A stretch of DNA of 64,000 nucleotides. It comes from Rhizaria sp. SCN 62-66. Taxonomy: Eukaryota. Below are positions 27,433-40,300 of this stretch, one piece after another. Location: NCBI GenBank assembly GCA_001724265.1, contig MEDY01000023.1, forward strand, positions 62,001 to 126,000, written 5' to 3'. The translations under genes were made by a program, and so were the position numbers. The notes beneath the pieces are model-generated. The model had not been told where the DNA came from and did not search any database. It saw only the letters and a program-made list of their open reading frames with translations. Positions within the stretch are counted from its first letter, which is position 1. Each line of letters starts with the position of its first letter.

Positions 27433-29121
27433 TCACGTCTTGAGCACCGCCCAGGGCGGCAATGAATGCAGCAGCGGCAGCGCCAGCAGCATGTTCCCAG
27501 TCCGCAAGTCGATCACATCGTCACCGCCAGTCACACTCTTGGGCTTGTCGACACTGTCAGCGCTCGCCTCCGCACTCATAGCCGCAGGCGCAGACGCAGA
27601 CGCACTCGAGCTAGACGTGCTCGCAGCAGTCTCAGGAACGGTATCAGTCGCACTTACATTAGCGCTCGCGCTCGCAGGAGCGGTAGGATCCACAGCCTCC
27701 GAGCTGCCAGTGCCACTGCCGCTCTCACCACCGTCCGTGCTGCCACTCGCCATATTACTCACCGTCACAAGCAGGATCTTGTTGACGTCGGTGAGCGCGC
27801 GCCGCCCGTCCTTGGCGCTGTGCGCGTTGCTGCGCGCCGAGTCCACGATACGCTTCTTCTTCGGCCGCCCGCGCACCGGCGCGCCCTTGGGCCGGCTCGT
27901 CTTATATAACAGCTTCTCAACGACCACGCGCTTCTGGTCCTCGTCCGCCTTGGCCGCCTGGTTCTTGCGCCGCTCCGCGGCCTCGGCCTTGCGCGCGCGC
28001 TGCTGCTGCCCGCCGTCAGCGCCGCCCGTGTCGCCGTCGCCGCCGCGGCCGTAGCGCGGGATTCCTGGCAACGCGAGCAGCTCAACGTCGGTGTCCTGCC
28101 CCAGCATCGCGCGCTGGCGGCTCGTCAGCACCGTGGGGTCGTCGGTCATCGTGCTGGGCTTGTTCGCGAACTCGGCGTAGTCGTCGTCGTCGTCGTCGTA
28201 CTCCTCTTCTTCTTCGTCGTCGTCGTCATCATCGTCGCTGTAGCCACCGGCGCCGCCGCGCGCGCCGCTGCTGTTGGAGCTCTTGGCGCGGCCGCGCGCG
28301 GAGGCGCCAGCGCCGCCGTCGTCGGCGCCGTCATCGTCGTCGTCATTCTCGTCATCGTCGTCGTCGGCGTCGCCGTCGGAACGGTACGCGTCGTCCTTGC
28401 CAGGTTTCTTGCTCTTCTTGGTTCCGGCAGCAGCGCCCCCGGCCGCGCCGCGCTTGAAGCCCGCGCCCACGGAAACCCCTGCGCCCGCGCCCGCAGCGGC
28501 GGCCTTCTTGCCGCCCTTGGCCTTGGGGAGCTTGAACGTGGTCTCGTCGTCTGCGTCTGACGGGCAGTTCTCATTGTAAGGCCACAGCGAGTCGTCAAAC
28601 ACGGTGTCGTCGTACGGCACGCCCTCCGCGACGGCGCTGTCAAAGTCCTCTGGCAGCGTGACAACGCCGTCGCCGTGCAGTAGCGGCAGCGGGGCGGCGC
28701 CCGAGGCAAGCCACTGCTGACGCGCGGCGCGGTATGAGGCGGGAAGCTCGACGGGCAGCATGCAGCAGTCCTCGGCCAGCACAACGGGGGCCTGCGCAAC
28801 GGGGACGCCACCGAGGAGAAACCTCGCCGTGCGGGAGACGCGGAAGCGCGCGTTCGGGAGGCGCGGGCCACAGCTGGGCGCGGCAGCGGCTGTAGAGGAA
28901 GTGGTGGAGGCGGAGGCAGTGACGACAGGATTAGAGTCTGTCATTGCGACTGTAGGTTGAGCAGGTGAGTGAAACTCACTGATAGCAACTGCCGCGGATA
29001 AATCCGTAGCGAGGGTAGCACCCGGACCGAGTGCGGGTGCTGTAGGAGCTGAGGGATCCGCTGAGGAAGCGACTGGGTGAACGGCGGGATCGGTGGGAGC
29101 CGCATCCACTAACGGGTCCAT
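27433..29121 (-). CDS. INO80B: INO80 complex subunit B / Ies2-like (PAPA-1 domain) protein, ~562 aa
   Basis: An acidic region precedes LTSRQRAMLG...LLALP and RKAEAAERRKNQAAKADEDQKRVVVEKLL, which resembles the PAPA-1 helix of INO80B/Ies2. Ends TGA. The start codon is uncertain. Confidence 0.6.
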   Translation of the reverse strand: MDPLVDAAPTDPAVHPVASSADPSAPTAPALGPGATLATDLSAAVAISEFHSPAQPTVAMTDSNPVVTASASTTSSTAAAAPSCGPRLPNARFRVSRTARFLLGGVPVAQAPVVLAEDCCMLPVELPASYRAARQQWLASGAAPLPLLHGDGVVTLPEDFDSAVAEGVPYDDTVFDDSLWPYNENCPSDADDETTFKLPKAKGGKKAAAAGAGAGVSVGAGFKRGAAGGAAAGTKKSKKPGKDDAYRSDGDADDDDDENDDDDDGADDGGAGASARGRAKSSNSSGARGGAGGYSDDDDDDDEEEEEYDDDDDDYAEFANKPSTMTDDPTVLTSRQRAMLGQDTDVELLALPGIPRYGRGGDGDTGGADGGQQQRARKAEAAERRKNQAAKADEDQKRVVVEKLLYKTSRPKGAPVRGRPKKKRIVDSARSNAHSAKDGRRALTDVNKILLVTVSNMASGSTDGGESGSGTGSSEAVDPTAPASASANVSATDTVPETAASTSSSSASASAPAAMSAEASADSVDKPKSVTGGDDVIDLRTGNMLLALPLLHSLPPWAVLKT

Positions 29122-29557
29122 GCGCCGACTGGTATAGAAGAACGAAAACAAGACAGAGCGAGATATAATAAGAAACACAATAAGAAATGTGAACGATAAT
29201 TTCCATAGTGCGATGATGTCTCAGGATGACGAACGTGTGGGCTTCAGGACAAGTGTGAGATTCAACGACCACAAGCGAGGCCGATATGCCTCTCGCCCAT
29301 CGTCGAAGATGAACAAATTGCCCTGAACAGAAACGTGTCTAGCGACGTGAGCTCTCCGCTACTGCGTTCCTTGTCCAGATATCCGTTTTTAGGAGTGAAG
29401 GAGATTTTATTACGATTTGCAACATTTTTTCCGGAAGCTTCTGCAAAACTATACCTCTCTTTCCGTTCTCTGCACCACCCCCTCAGGAGCACCCCTCCCG
29501 TTCGCGTCCCTCGCGCCTCGATCGCGCCTCACCTAAGCGTCCCTTCGCGTTCGCTCT

Positions 29558-32490
29558 ATGCGCACGGCCGCGTCGCGCCTGGCCATCGCTGGCCTGGCGT
29601 GCCAGGACCTTCTGCACAAACGCGTGGCGATGATGCTACTCGCCGGCGTGCAGACGTCCATCTTGTACCCAAACACACGCCTCGACGCCGCGCTGACTGA
29701 ACTATGCACGTGTCTGCGTCGCGGCAAGCACGCGCCTGCGGCGCTCGCGCGGCTGGACGCCGAGCTGGGCGAGTCGACGCAGGTCCTGGCGCAGCTGCTG
29801 CTCATGGCGCGCTGGCAGCTCTCGCATGGCTGGTTGTACTTGTGCCTCGTGCGCGCTGGCGTGACGATGGGCGCCGTCGCCGCCTTCACTCTCACGTTCC
29901 AGCCCGCGATCGTGGAGTTCATCTACACGCACATTACCGACGTCATCGACTCGCCGTCCCCGCTGCTCGCGCCGCGCTACGCGCTCTGGTTTGTCGCCGC
30001 CGTCGCTTGCTTCTACTTTCTCCACCGGCTCCTCAACTTTGTCCACGCACTCTGGCTAGACCAGCAATTCGCCACCGCACTGTCCGTGGCCGCTGACGTC
30101 GCGCTCGACTGCAAGGCCGACGACGCGCCCGCCTGGGACTCCGGCTGGCTGCCCGCGCCGCCGCCCGGACGGGGCGTGCTGCTCAGGCACCGGCTTAACT
30201 TACCTGCCCCCGCGCGCGTTGTCGTCATGGGGGCGTCGGACGAGGCCGGCACTGTTGTCTGCTACAACGTTGGCGGAGGACCGAGGTACGCGCTATTTGC
30301 AAACGCAAAATCCGTGAACGCGGGCTGCATATCGACGTTCTATTGCTTGATCATGCTATCGTGTGAACACTGTCTCGATATCAATATGATGTTTTTGCTT
30401 GATGGGACTCTAAAACTCGATATATCGAACATCTGCTGAATACTAACGTCGTACTGTACCGTCTGTCGGATCAAGTCTCACGCTTTATAACCTCACCCGA
30501 TTTGATTTCCACATTTGTAACGATTCACTCTCTCAGGCCTGGGTACGGCTGGTACGTCACGACTGCGGGCGCCAACGCGCTACACATCGTCTCCGGCCTC
30601 TATGGCGGGCCGCTATGCTACCCTGTCACAGCGCCCTTTAGTCACAGCAACGTTGGCCACGGTGGCTCCGGCTCTGGCCCCGGATCTGACTCCCATAGTA
30701 ACGAGACGGGGCCCGGCATCGGCTGGCGCGCCGACCCCAGCCACACATACACGCTCCAGAACGCCGCTACCGCCAGTGGCGCAAACGCTAGTGCTGGCAA
30801 TAGCAGCGCGGGCCGCGCGGGTGGCTTAACTAAGAAGCAACGCAAGGCTGCCAGGAAGGCACCCCAGCTGCCGCCAGGTATGTTCTTACTTTAAGGAGTA
30901 CATAATGGACTACAACGGGAATAATAACATGCAATCTGATTTGATCAATACTGTAGCTATATTCGATATTTTTCGAGTTATATATCTCTCACATATACCC
31001 AATTTTGTGTCCCATTTGATGTATTTTCTGCAGGCGTGCGTGCCCGTGCCGCGGCCACCGCCGAGGCTCTAGCCCAAGTCACGCACTACTCGCCGCCCCG
31101 GTGGCCGCGCCAAACCGCCACCGACAAGCTCGCCGCCACGAGCGACGCCGCCAAGCGCAAGCCCGGCGCCACTGACGTCGCTGCCGAGGAGCAGAGGCTC
31201 GTCCCGTCCCCGCGCTCCCCCGGCCCGGCGGTCGGTGCCGCGCCGGACGAGGTGTCCAAGCCCTCTGCGCTGACGTACACACGCGCCAGCGGCCGCCACC
31301 GCGCGCACGGGCTCCTCATCGGCGCGGGCTTCGGCGCCGTCGCACGCGAGACCGCCGCGGCCGAGGTCGAAGCGGAGGCAGCGGCGGAGGCGGCCGAGGC
31401 CGAGGCGGCGGCCGCGGCAGTCGCGGCGGCGGTGGCGGCGGCGGACGGCCGGCGCGGGCGCGGGGCGCGCAAGGGCCAGGCCCACGGCGGCGGCTACATG
31501 CTCAGTGCGTACCCACCGTCCTACTTAGATCCCTCTGCAAACGCCAGCCATCACGCGAGCGCGAGCGCGAGTGACAGCGACGAGAGCGTGAGTCGAAGCC
31601 GGCGTGACTCAGTGGGGAATAATGCGAGCGGCGGCGCCGGTGCGAGTCGGAAGGTGAAGCGGCAGGCGCCCGGTGCTGAGATCGAGCTGCTGTCAGTCAA
31701 CGTGAAGCGCATCGTCACCAGCAGCAACAAGAGCAACAACTCTCACGCGAACGCGAATGCATGTGCGGCTGCGGGGGCAGGTGATAGCTTTAGCATTGCC
31801 GGTGTCGACATTGACATCGTCGACCAGCAGAGGGATGAAGAGGAAGAAGACGGAGTAGCACCGAAGGCGAGCCGTAAGAAAAACGCAAATGGTAGCGGGA
31901 GCGGTGACGGTAAGACCAATGGCAAGCAGTCGCTACGCGCCGCCGGGGAAGGCAACTCCGACGATGACGACCTTAATAACAAGAATACGACGAGCAGGAT
32001 CAAGGGCAGATCGAATGCGAGCAAGCACGGTCACAACCACATTGGGGCTGGCAGTGCGAGCGGTAGTGACGACGGCAACTGCGGCGGCAGTGACAGCGAG
32101 CAGCCGTCCGTGACGGAGTATTACGACCCTTACAGTGTAAGTACCCGCGCTCCGTTTACAGGAAATGGGAAGAACGTGCACTACACTGCTGATTGCAAGG
32201 ATGGCGACGGCGATGGTGATGAAGGAGGCTTCTTTAAGACGCCTTCCGGTGGGTTCAAGCTCAAGTACAACCCGAAGACCCCCAACAACGTGAACAAAGG
32301 AGGCAAAGGCGGCAACGGCGATAACGCCCAAAGTCACAGCGGAGGTGAGGGGGAAGAAGAGGAGGAAGAAAGCAGCAGCAGTGACGAGGACGACGGCGAT
32401 GACGACGATGGTGATGATGAGAGCATGAGGGATATCATCGATGTCGAGTTGCTGCCCGCGAAGTACTTGCGCGTACTTATCTGGGCTTGA
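29558..32490 (+). CDS. Hypothetical membrane protein, ~841 aa. Exons 29558-30285, 30537-30877, 31034-32490
   Basis: N-terminal hydrophobic segments (WLYLCLVRAGVTMGAVAAFTLTF; YALWFVAAVACFYFLH) precede a disordered acidic tail. Two phase-consistent introns (GTACGC, GTATGT donors). Ends TGA. Confidence 0.65.
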
Positions 32491-32776
32491 GTCAGTAAAT
32501 ATAAGGACGCCCAGTTAGGTGCAGTTACATAGAGCTATAGTCAAGTTTTGTCAAAAAAAAAATTTTATTTAGCACGATGTTTGTTTTGATTCTGGATTGC
32601 TCGACATGTCATACAGCCAGATCTTTTGTTTTCATATTCGGAAGTGTTTCTGTTCACCATTCTAAGTTCATCATAGTTGTCGTGAAAGGAGAGACAAAAT
32701 CGAAAGAGTCGCAATGCTGGCTCGCAGAAACATCAACTTGCTGAACGTAGTCCGTACACATCAATACCACCTTGTT

Positions 32777-33514
32777 TTAGCGTTTTACTGTCTCTTCTGC
32801 CTAAGAGACGCGAACGTGACCACATGGTGAATCCCACGGTTCGCGCGACGACAGCGTCATAATAAGATCATTACGCCTGAGCTGGGCAGTTAACCTTATC
32901 TTGGCGCGCACAAGAAGACTCTCGCTTGCCATTTTCTGCATTAACGCCAGAGTAGCAGCTGTCGGATCGCTGGCCGCTTTAGTACCCTGCGTCCGCGCAG
33001 CGGCTGACGGCGCGCCTGTTATCTCGGCCCCCCGTTTCGGCGCAGCAACGGGCGGGGGCTCAACGGATAATGATGCGGCGACTTGCTGCGGATAGCCGCT
33101 CCTCTCCAGGATGCGGGCAATGTGCGCGTCAAGTGTCTTTTGCCAGATTTTCTGCAGAGTTGGTGCGTCAGACGACTTTGTTGCGGCTGTGCCAGGCGGG
33201 AGTACGGCCATACCCACAAGCAGCGTGTGCACCTACAAAAGCTCCTGCAGCACCTCGCGACCCCCAGCAATGCTTGAGCAGTCAATATAATGCAGCGTCT
33301 GCAGCAATCGCACTCCGCGGTCTTGAACAAACTGTGTTACGAAGGGATTCCGCGGCTCACCCTCTCTTTCAGACACTGCAAAGTCAGGTGAAATGTCGCG
33401 GGTACTTATCGTCACGCGCAGCACGCGCAAAAGAAGCGCGATAGGCATGATGCTCGGATGGGATGTCTTTTTTACTTTTCCCCACTTTACCAGAGCTGCC
33501 TGTAACTCTGACAT
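32777..33514 (-). CDS. Possible hypothetical protein, ~245 aa if TAGs at 33233-33235 and 32801-32803 are sense
   Basis: Track ORFs 33233..33514 and 32801..33232 abut in the same frame across a TAG, and the frame closes at TAA 32777-32779. GC is lower than in neighbouring genes and no domain is recognisable. Confidence 0.35.
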
Positions 33515-34240
33515 TGACGATCTATGCCCTCGTGCGTGCCATTGACAGCGAGTGTAATTACGAGTAACATGCTCGGAACTAGACAGTCGTCTTCATTCTT
33601 CATTAATCCCCAGGCTTTACGTGATCCATCTGAATGTGCAGAGGCAGTTTCTTGCCCTCACTCATGCGATTCGGATGCATTTGTGCCGCGTTTATGTTCT
33701 CTTGGTCAGAGCCAAGAGCTCTCTTGGTATACTAAATAAAAATTAGTAGTATTATCGTCAATTCATCTTCGGTTCAGGCGATCATTGTAAATCACGTTCA
33801 AAATAATAATGCAACTTGAGCAATCGCTGATTGAGTATTAAACCACGAATATAGAGAAGTTTGCATTAAATTTAGATTAATTATGTCTATATAAATGTAT
33901 TGAAATCATTATTCATTTTTAAAACATACTTCGCAAATGCCAGCGGATATTTACGACTCCGCAACATTTGCTCGTCCCCGTCACAGTCTCAGAACATTCA
34001 TATTACAAAAAATTTGATGTACGGTGTACATATTTATGTAATAGAATAAATAGTATGTATCACAGTTTCCAAGCAATCATTCAGCGCCACAGATGTCCCG
34101 AATTTTGGAATTTCAAACAACCCACGAGCTTCATGAGCAAGATTTGATTGCGCATGTTGCAGTCACTTCACTCACAGTACAGCACTTTTGCAGTCACATT
34201 GCAGTCCCAAGCAGGATTTCCGGCGCGCCGTGCACACGGT

Positions 34241-37200
34241 TTAGACCCAGGGCCGGTCAGTGCGGCTGAGCACCCACGCCCGCAACACGCGCTGAGCGCC
34301 CCGACCGTGGCCCTCGATGCTCTCCTTCAGCGCCGGCAACTCCTGTAAGAAAAGGTTAAAAAAACACAGTAGTGAATAAAGCAAGGTAAGATTTTGGAAC
34401 ATTCAAATCAACATATTTTTTTTCGCAATTATTTAAAGTGTCTTATAATATCTATCATTTTACATTTCCGTTCTTTAGTCGAGATATATCGCGGATATTA
34501 TATGAGAACATTGTCGCCCGTCCGTACCTGGCACTCCTTGAGCGCGATGCGCGGGTCGACCTCCTCCGTCACCAGCAGCTCATCGAGCCTCGGCGCCGAT
34601 CCCAGCGCCCGGAGCACGTCCCCGCCCGCGCCGCCGCCGCTCTTGGCCGCTGCGAGACGCGCCACATCGGTCGTTGTCTCCGGCGCCACCGCGGAAATCC
34701 AGTCCCACACGCGCGGGTCCGCTGATGCGATCACCAGCCGGCCGCTGCGGGGACGGAGCGCGCGCGCGGCCAGCCACAGCGCAGGCTCCGACAGCACAGA
34801 CCCGCGCTCCAGCGCGGAGCGCTTGCGGGCACTCACCACCGTCTTGGACAGCGCCGATGAGCCAGACGCATTCGAACCGTTACTGTTGTTGCTGTTGCTG
34901 CGGTTGCTGTGGCCAAAGGCGGCACGGGCGGCGGGCCCCGCTGCGGCGGCAAGCTTGCCGTCGCGCTCCGCAGTCTCGGCGGCGGCGGACACCGCGGGCG
35001 GCGGCGGCAACAGCGCCCACACCACGTCAGCGCCGCCGACGGGCAGCGCAGCAAGGAGGTCAAGCGGGAGACCAGAGTGGACGGTCACGTTGCACAGCCC
35101 CGTCGGCGGCTCTGGCAGATCCCCGCCGTCGCCGTCAGCCGCTCCCACACTGTCGCCGTCGCTGTCCGGGCCAGTGGAGGGCTGACGGTAGCTCCGGTAC
35201 AAGAACGGCGGCGGCGCGGCCGCATACAGCGACAGCTCCTCATCACGAGCGCTCACGTTGATGTCGCTCATGTTACCGTCTGCAAGTGCTGCAAGCGCAG
35301 GCGAGTGCGTGACGCGGGCAGCGAGCAGCAGCTCGGCGGCGCGCCGCTCCACAGGCTCGTTAGCGATCACGAGGTCCTGCGGGTGCGTCTTTGCGTGCGC
35401 CAGAGCCACGGTCTCGCTCGTCGAGTTACTCTGGGGGAGGCGGGCGCCGGCCGCGTTGAGAGCGACGACGACGCGCGGTGCCACGGCGGCCGTCACCACG
35501 ACCTTGCTGTCGCCATCGTTGTCATTCGAGCCAGAGGCAGATCCATGAAGCTCGCCCTCACTGTCACTGGCACCGGTGGGGATGCTGTTTGATCGACTCA
35601 CAAACCCGTCAGTGCTCACACCGGCACTGGTGCTGGCGTTGATGCGAAAGGCCGAGGCGGGCAGCGGCATGCGCAGCAGCGCGTCCGACAGCGCCTCCGG
35701 CGGCGGGAACACGAGGCGCGTGCGCGGCGCAGTGGTGAGCCGCGCTTCGACCGTCGCGTGTACCGACAGAGGCACCGCCAGCGGTGACAGCACCACGGCG
35801 GGTTCATCCTCGCCAGCCTCCTCAGTCGCACCACTCGCCGCGCCCTTGCTCGCGCCGCTGTCGGAATTGGTACTGTGAGTGTTGACTGGAGCGATGAGCC
35901 AGTAGGGCCGAAGCGCGGCGAGCCCCCACGTCGCAGCGGCCGCGGCCAGCGCGCCGTCGACGCGCGGGCGCAGGTGTTGCCCCAGGCGCCGCAGCGACGC
36001 CGGCGCAGCGGGCACGTGGGTGGTCGCGAGGCCGAAGGCGTGGACTTGCGCCGCTGAGAGCCCGCGCAGCAGCGGCGTCAGCGTCGCCGCACTCGGCAAC
36101 ACCGACGTCACATCATCGCTGATGTTCACACTGTGGTCACTGCTGGTGCGGGTCTTGGAGGCCGCGAGTGCGAGACGGTCGCGCAGCGCCCCGGACCAGC
36201 CGACGAGCGAGACAAGCGCGCGGTCCATGCCGAGAGCGCGCCGCTTGTGCGACTCACCCAGCGCGACAGCGTGCGCGGCCCGTGCGCGCGCCACCGCGTT
36301 CGCGCGCACCGCAGCCGCGCTCACACCGCCGCTCTCGCCGCTGTTACTCCCAGAGTCGGTGAGCAAGGCGAGCTCTTGCGGCGAGAGCACGGCGAGGAAC
36401 GCCTCCGGCGGCGGCAGCGCGGGGACAATAAGGTCGGCTGCCTGGTCCTCTGCGAGCCGCCGCTGCTGCTGCTTATCCTCGCGCTCCGCCCGCTTCGCCG
36501 CGCGCCGGACCTCTTCTTCGGCCTCTTCAGCGCTCACAGCACTGATCGAGCTCGAGCTTCCCCCAGCAGCGTTTTTGCCGGTGGCCGAGGCCGCGTCCTG
36601 GAGGTCTGCGTCGATGCGCGCGAGCAGCTTGTACGCGGGCTCCGTCGCGAACGCCGCACCCCAGCCCGGGGCCGCCGCGGTGGCCGAGAGCGCGGCCTCG
36701 AGCACCGGCAGCGGCAGAGTCGCGGGCGCCGCCAGTGGCCACCGGCCGGTCGCCACTACGGTCTGTGGCACAGGGGGCGGGGACAGCGCGGACCGAGACA
36801 GCCCCGCGAGCAGCTACAGGGCTTCGGGGCTGATGGACTCCACGCGCGGCCACAGCCAGGCGGGCCACTGCGCGCCGTTCTGCGCCGCTGTCTGTGATGC
36901 TGCGCCGGCGTTAGGCGGCAGGGTCTGGGCGCTTAGACCGGTGGCGTCGCTGGATGTTGTAAGCACCTTCCAGAGCTCCATGAAGGCGCCGACTTGACCG
37001 GGAGCAAGCGCGCCGTCAGCAGCCACCGCGCGCAGCAACAGCGGCAGCAGTGTCGCGCTCGCCGCAGCGGCGCGCTTCGGCGCTGTCGCCGTGCCCGGCG
37101 ACAGCTCGCTACTCCCGTAGCTCTCGCTCTCATACTGCCACTGTGACGAGTCAGTCTGTGTAAGTACCCCCCAGGCCCTTAGACGCAGGATGAGTGCGTG

Positions 37201-39177
37201 TGCAAGCGCCCTGTCGCCCGCGGCGGCCGCGGCGCGCGCAAGGGGCACAAACGATGCCGCTGTGGGGCCCGTGGCCGTGGCAGTGCGCACCATCTCAGTC
37301 AGCGCGGAGACTGTTTCGGGGTCGAAACGCAGGGTGAACTGTGCCAGATCACCCTCGCTGAGATCCAGAGGATCCGTATCACGGAACTCAACCGCAGCGC
37401 TGCTACTGCGGTCCGCCTGCTGCTGTTGCTGCTGTTGCTGTTGGACGTCGGCGTCTGGCGTGCAGTCCGCGGGAGTCGCGTCGCTGCGGCGAGCCCACGT
37501 CTCGTGGCTCGATGCCAAAACGTCGCTTTCGTCGGTGAACAGCTTCGCGAAGCGGCCACGCACGACCGCACTCTCAGACACCTTGCCGTCGTGCAACAGC
37601 TGCGGTGCTGCACTCTCACCAGAGCTGCTCTCCTGTGTAGCAGAGCTGCTGTTGTTGTTGCTGTTGGTGTTGTTGTTGCTGTTGTTGTTCGCAGTGGTGT
37701 TCCTGTCGCGGACGACGGCGGCGTATAGCGCCTCCTGCGACGCCGCACTGCCGAGCACGCGCGCCTCATGCTGCCGCAGCAGATGCAGCAACAGCTCGCG
37801 CGGCTGCTGTTGCGCAAACCGGAGGTAGTCGAGCAGCGCGACGGCGGTGACCGCGGCAGGGTGCGCGTGCAGCCGCCGCCCCGCGCCCGCGCCCGCCTCG
37901 GCCGCCGCGACGGCCGCGACGGAGGAGCCCTCGAGTGCGGTCGACAGCGCGGTCAGACCGGCGGGCAGCGGGGTCGCGCGCGATGGCAGCGCGGGCAACG
38001 CGAGCAGCGCGGGGGCCGCGCGCGCAGCCTCTGCGGCGAGGCCCTTAATCAGAGTGTTGATCACGATGGTGTCGGGCAGGCGCGACGGCTGCGACGGCGG
38101 CCGGCGCTCGGCGCGCGCGACAGCCGCGGCGGCCGGGGTCAACACGCGACTACTACTGCTGCTCACGGTCGCTGACGCATGCGCGCTCGCAGCTCCCGAG
38201 CCCGCGGCGCTGGCGTTTGCGGCGTTCAGGCCAGAGAGCGCGCGCGCGGGCGCCGGGAGCGCGCGGACGTAGGTCTTGAGCTCAGTCGGCAAAGTCGCGA
38301 GCGCGCGCGACAGACCGGGCAGCGCGTCGAAAGCGACGAGGAACAGAGATGCCGCAGCCGCGACGTCGCCGGAGTCGACGGTAGCGCGCAGGGCCTGGGA
38401 GGCCGCAATCGTGTCGCGCGCGGACTGGGCCTCGGCGCGGTCGCGGAACAGCGCGTCTGCGGACCCAATGTGCGCTGAAGACTGAGTTGTGGCAGAGGCA
38501 GCGTTGTTGTTTGTGTTGCTGCGGATGCGAGCGTTGTCAGTATAACGCACGGGCTTTGCGCTAGCATTCACGCTCATGTCTTCATCGTCGTGATCGTCAA
38601 GCCAGCCGTCATCGGCATCGTCGTCCTCATTGTCGTAGGCATGATCATACATGTCGCTGTTGACAGAGCTCTTGCTGCGAGGATTGCTCAACGTCGCGCT
38701 GCCGCTGCCGCTGGGGCTGTGGATGTCAGCAAAGCGGTTCGCGCGGGAGCTGTGCGCAGCAACATTGCTGCGAAAGCTCTCACTGGCAGTACCATGGGCA
38801 GCAGCACCGCGTTGCTTCGCAGAAGCTTTCGCATGCTTGCCACTGGCTTTGCCGCCCTTGGCGCCCTTGCTGAGCTCTGCCGCCGCCGAGGCTGAGGACG
38901 CGCCGGAGCTAAAGGACTGGTTGCGCGCTGCGCTGCGCTGCGCGGCTGCGGCCCACTCGCTCGTCACATCAGTGAGAGAGACACCCTTCTGGTTCAACAA
39001 CGGCGATGGCTGCTGCTGTGGCTGTTGCTGCGAGTGTGGCCGTGAGGCCGCGCCACTGTGGGAGCCTGGGTGGCGGCCCTGAGAGCTAAACTCACGTGCG
39101 CCGAAAGAAGGCGTGCTGACAGACACGGTGGGCGCAAGGCAGCGCGCCAGGGTTGCGGTATGGCGAGCGCGAAGCAT
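34241..39177 (-). CDS. Mitochondrially targeted PPR-like protein with a C-terminal degenerate TrmB-like (tRNA m7G46 methyltransferase) domain, ~1,583 aa. Exons 39177-34528 and 34342-34241, in-frame TAG at 36814-36816
   Basis: The N-terminus is Arg/Ser/Ala-rich with few acidic residues (MLRARHTATLARCLAP...REFSS). PPR-like helices follow (PDTIVINTLIKGLA; PTAASFVPLARAAAAAGDRALAHALILRLRAWGV). TrmB-like motifs occur in the expected order (AKTHPQDLVIANE; NVTVHSGLPLDLLAALP.GGADVVWALLPPP; LAARALRPRSGRLVIASAD). The phase-0 intron is GTACGG...TTACAG. Ends TAA. Confidence 0.65.
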
Positions 39178-39644
39178 CCTGCGTGAGCGGAGTTAGACAC
39201 TGCTGAGCTGACCGGGCTTTTCTACAAAGCAAGGCAGAGCGTGGTAAAACCAGGTCATATAGATATATAATAAGGAAACTAAAGAGAAAATGATGTTTAA
39301 ATTTATATATCACACCGAGTGTTATATTGACGGTGACAGTGCGGACCTATACGTGTTTTAAATTCGCTGCTTCTGTTGTCCGCTATACAACCACACTCTC
39401 GGATCCGTTCATCACCTCACCAAACATGCTTGACTACATCGAAGACTAATGCATATCTGGATCATAACACAATATATGTTATAATACAATAGTTAATTTT
39501 TCATGAGCGTGCATATTCGTTCGTCGTAGCTAGTAATTGTTATGTATTCCCCGGATAAGTGTCTCGGAGAGGCCCTTGCAGGTGACTCTACCGACGCCCA
39601 ATCAGCCATAAATACGCATACCACCAACTCAAACGCTTCCGCGC

Positions 39645-40300
39645 TCACACGGCCTTGACGGGCACAGGCACCCCCGAAGCGAGGTGATCATCCGCCTCGA
39701 CGGGTGGGAGCGGACGGCCGCGGACGCGCTCGTGACGGTGGATCATAGTGTAGATCTGACGCGGCGACAGCTCGGGATTCATCTGCTGCACGCTGAACAA
39801 ATGTAAATGAAATACAAATAAAATCAACTCAAAATATGAGATAAGACTGACTTCAATGTAATACAAGTATAGTACGACACATTGACGATTTCAGATTGCA
39901 AGCGACGCTTTTCAGGAAAAAAGAGGACGTACACGTGGAAGAGGGACATCTTGAGCGGAGACGAGTTAGGGAGGAACAGAATGCCCTCGCGAATCGCCTG
40001 CGGGAGCGTGGACGCCATGCCGAAGAGCCCCATCAACGCGCCCGACGTGGCACCCAGCGCGACAGCCGCCGAGGGCGCCATGCGCCGCCACAGCAGCGCG
40101 CCAGTGGCGAGGGCGGAGACGGCGCCGACGATGCCGCCGCGGATGTACGCCTGCGTCGAGCGCTCCGAGATGAAGGTCTGGTCTGAGTCGGAGACCATAA
40201 GACGGTCCACGCGCTGCAGCTTGGGCTGCGCGACAAGCAGCGTGCGCTCGCCGGGGGCGCTTGCAGGGGCGGAAGGGGCGGTCGGCTCGGTCGAGCTCAT
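39645..40300 (-). CDS. Small two-TM hypothetical membrane protein, ~171 aa. Exons 40300-39933 and 39792-39645
   Basis: It has two Gly/Ala-rich hydrophobic segments and a phase-2 GTACGT...TTCAG intron (140 nt). Ends TGA. Confidence 0.65.

Noticed and set aside
33712-33727. Short inverted repeat CCAAGAG-CT-CTCTTGG
   Set aside because: It is too short, and there is no associated transposon structure.
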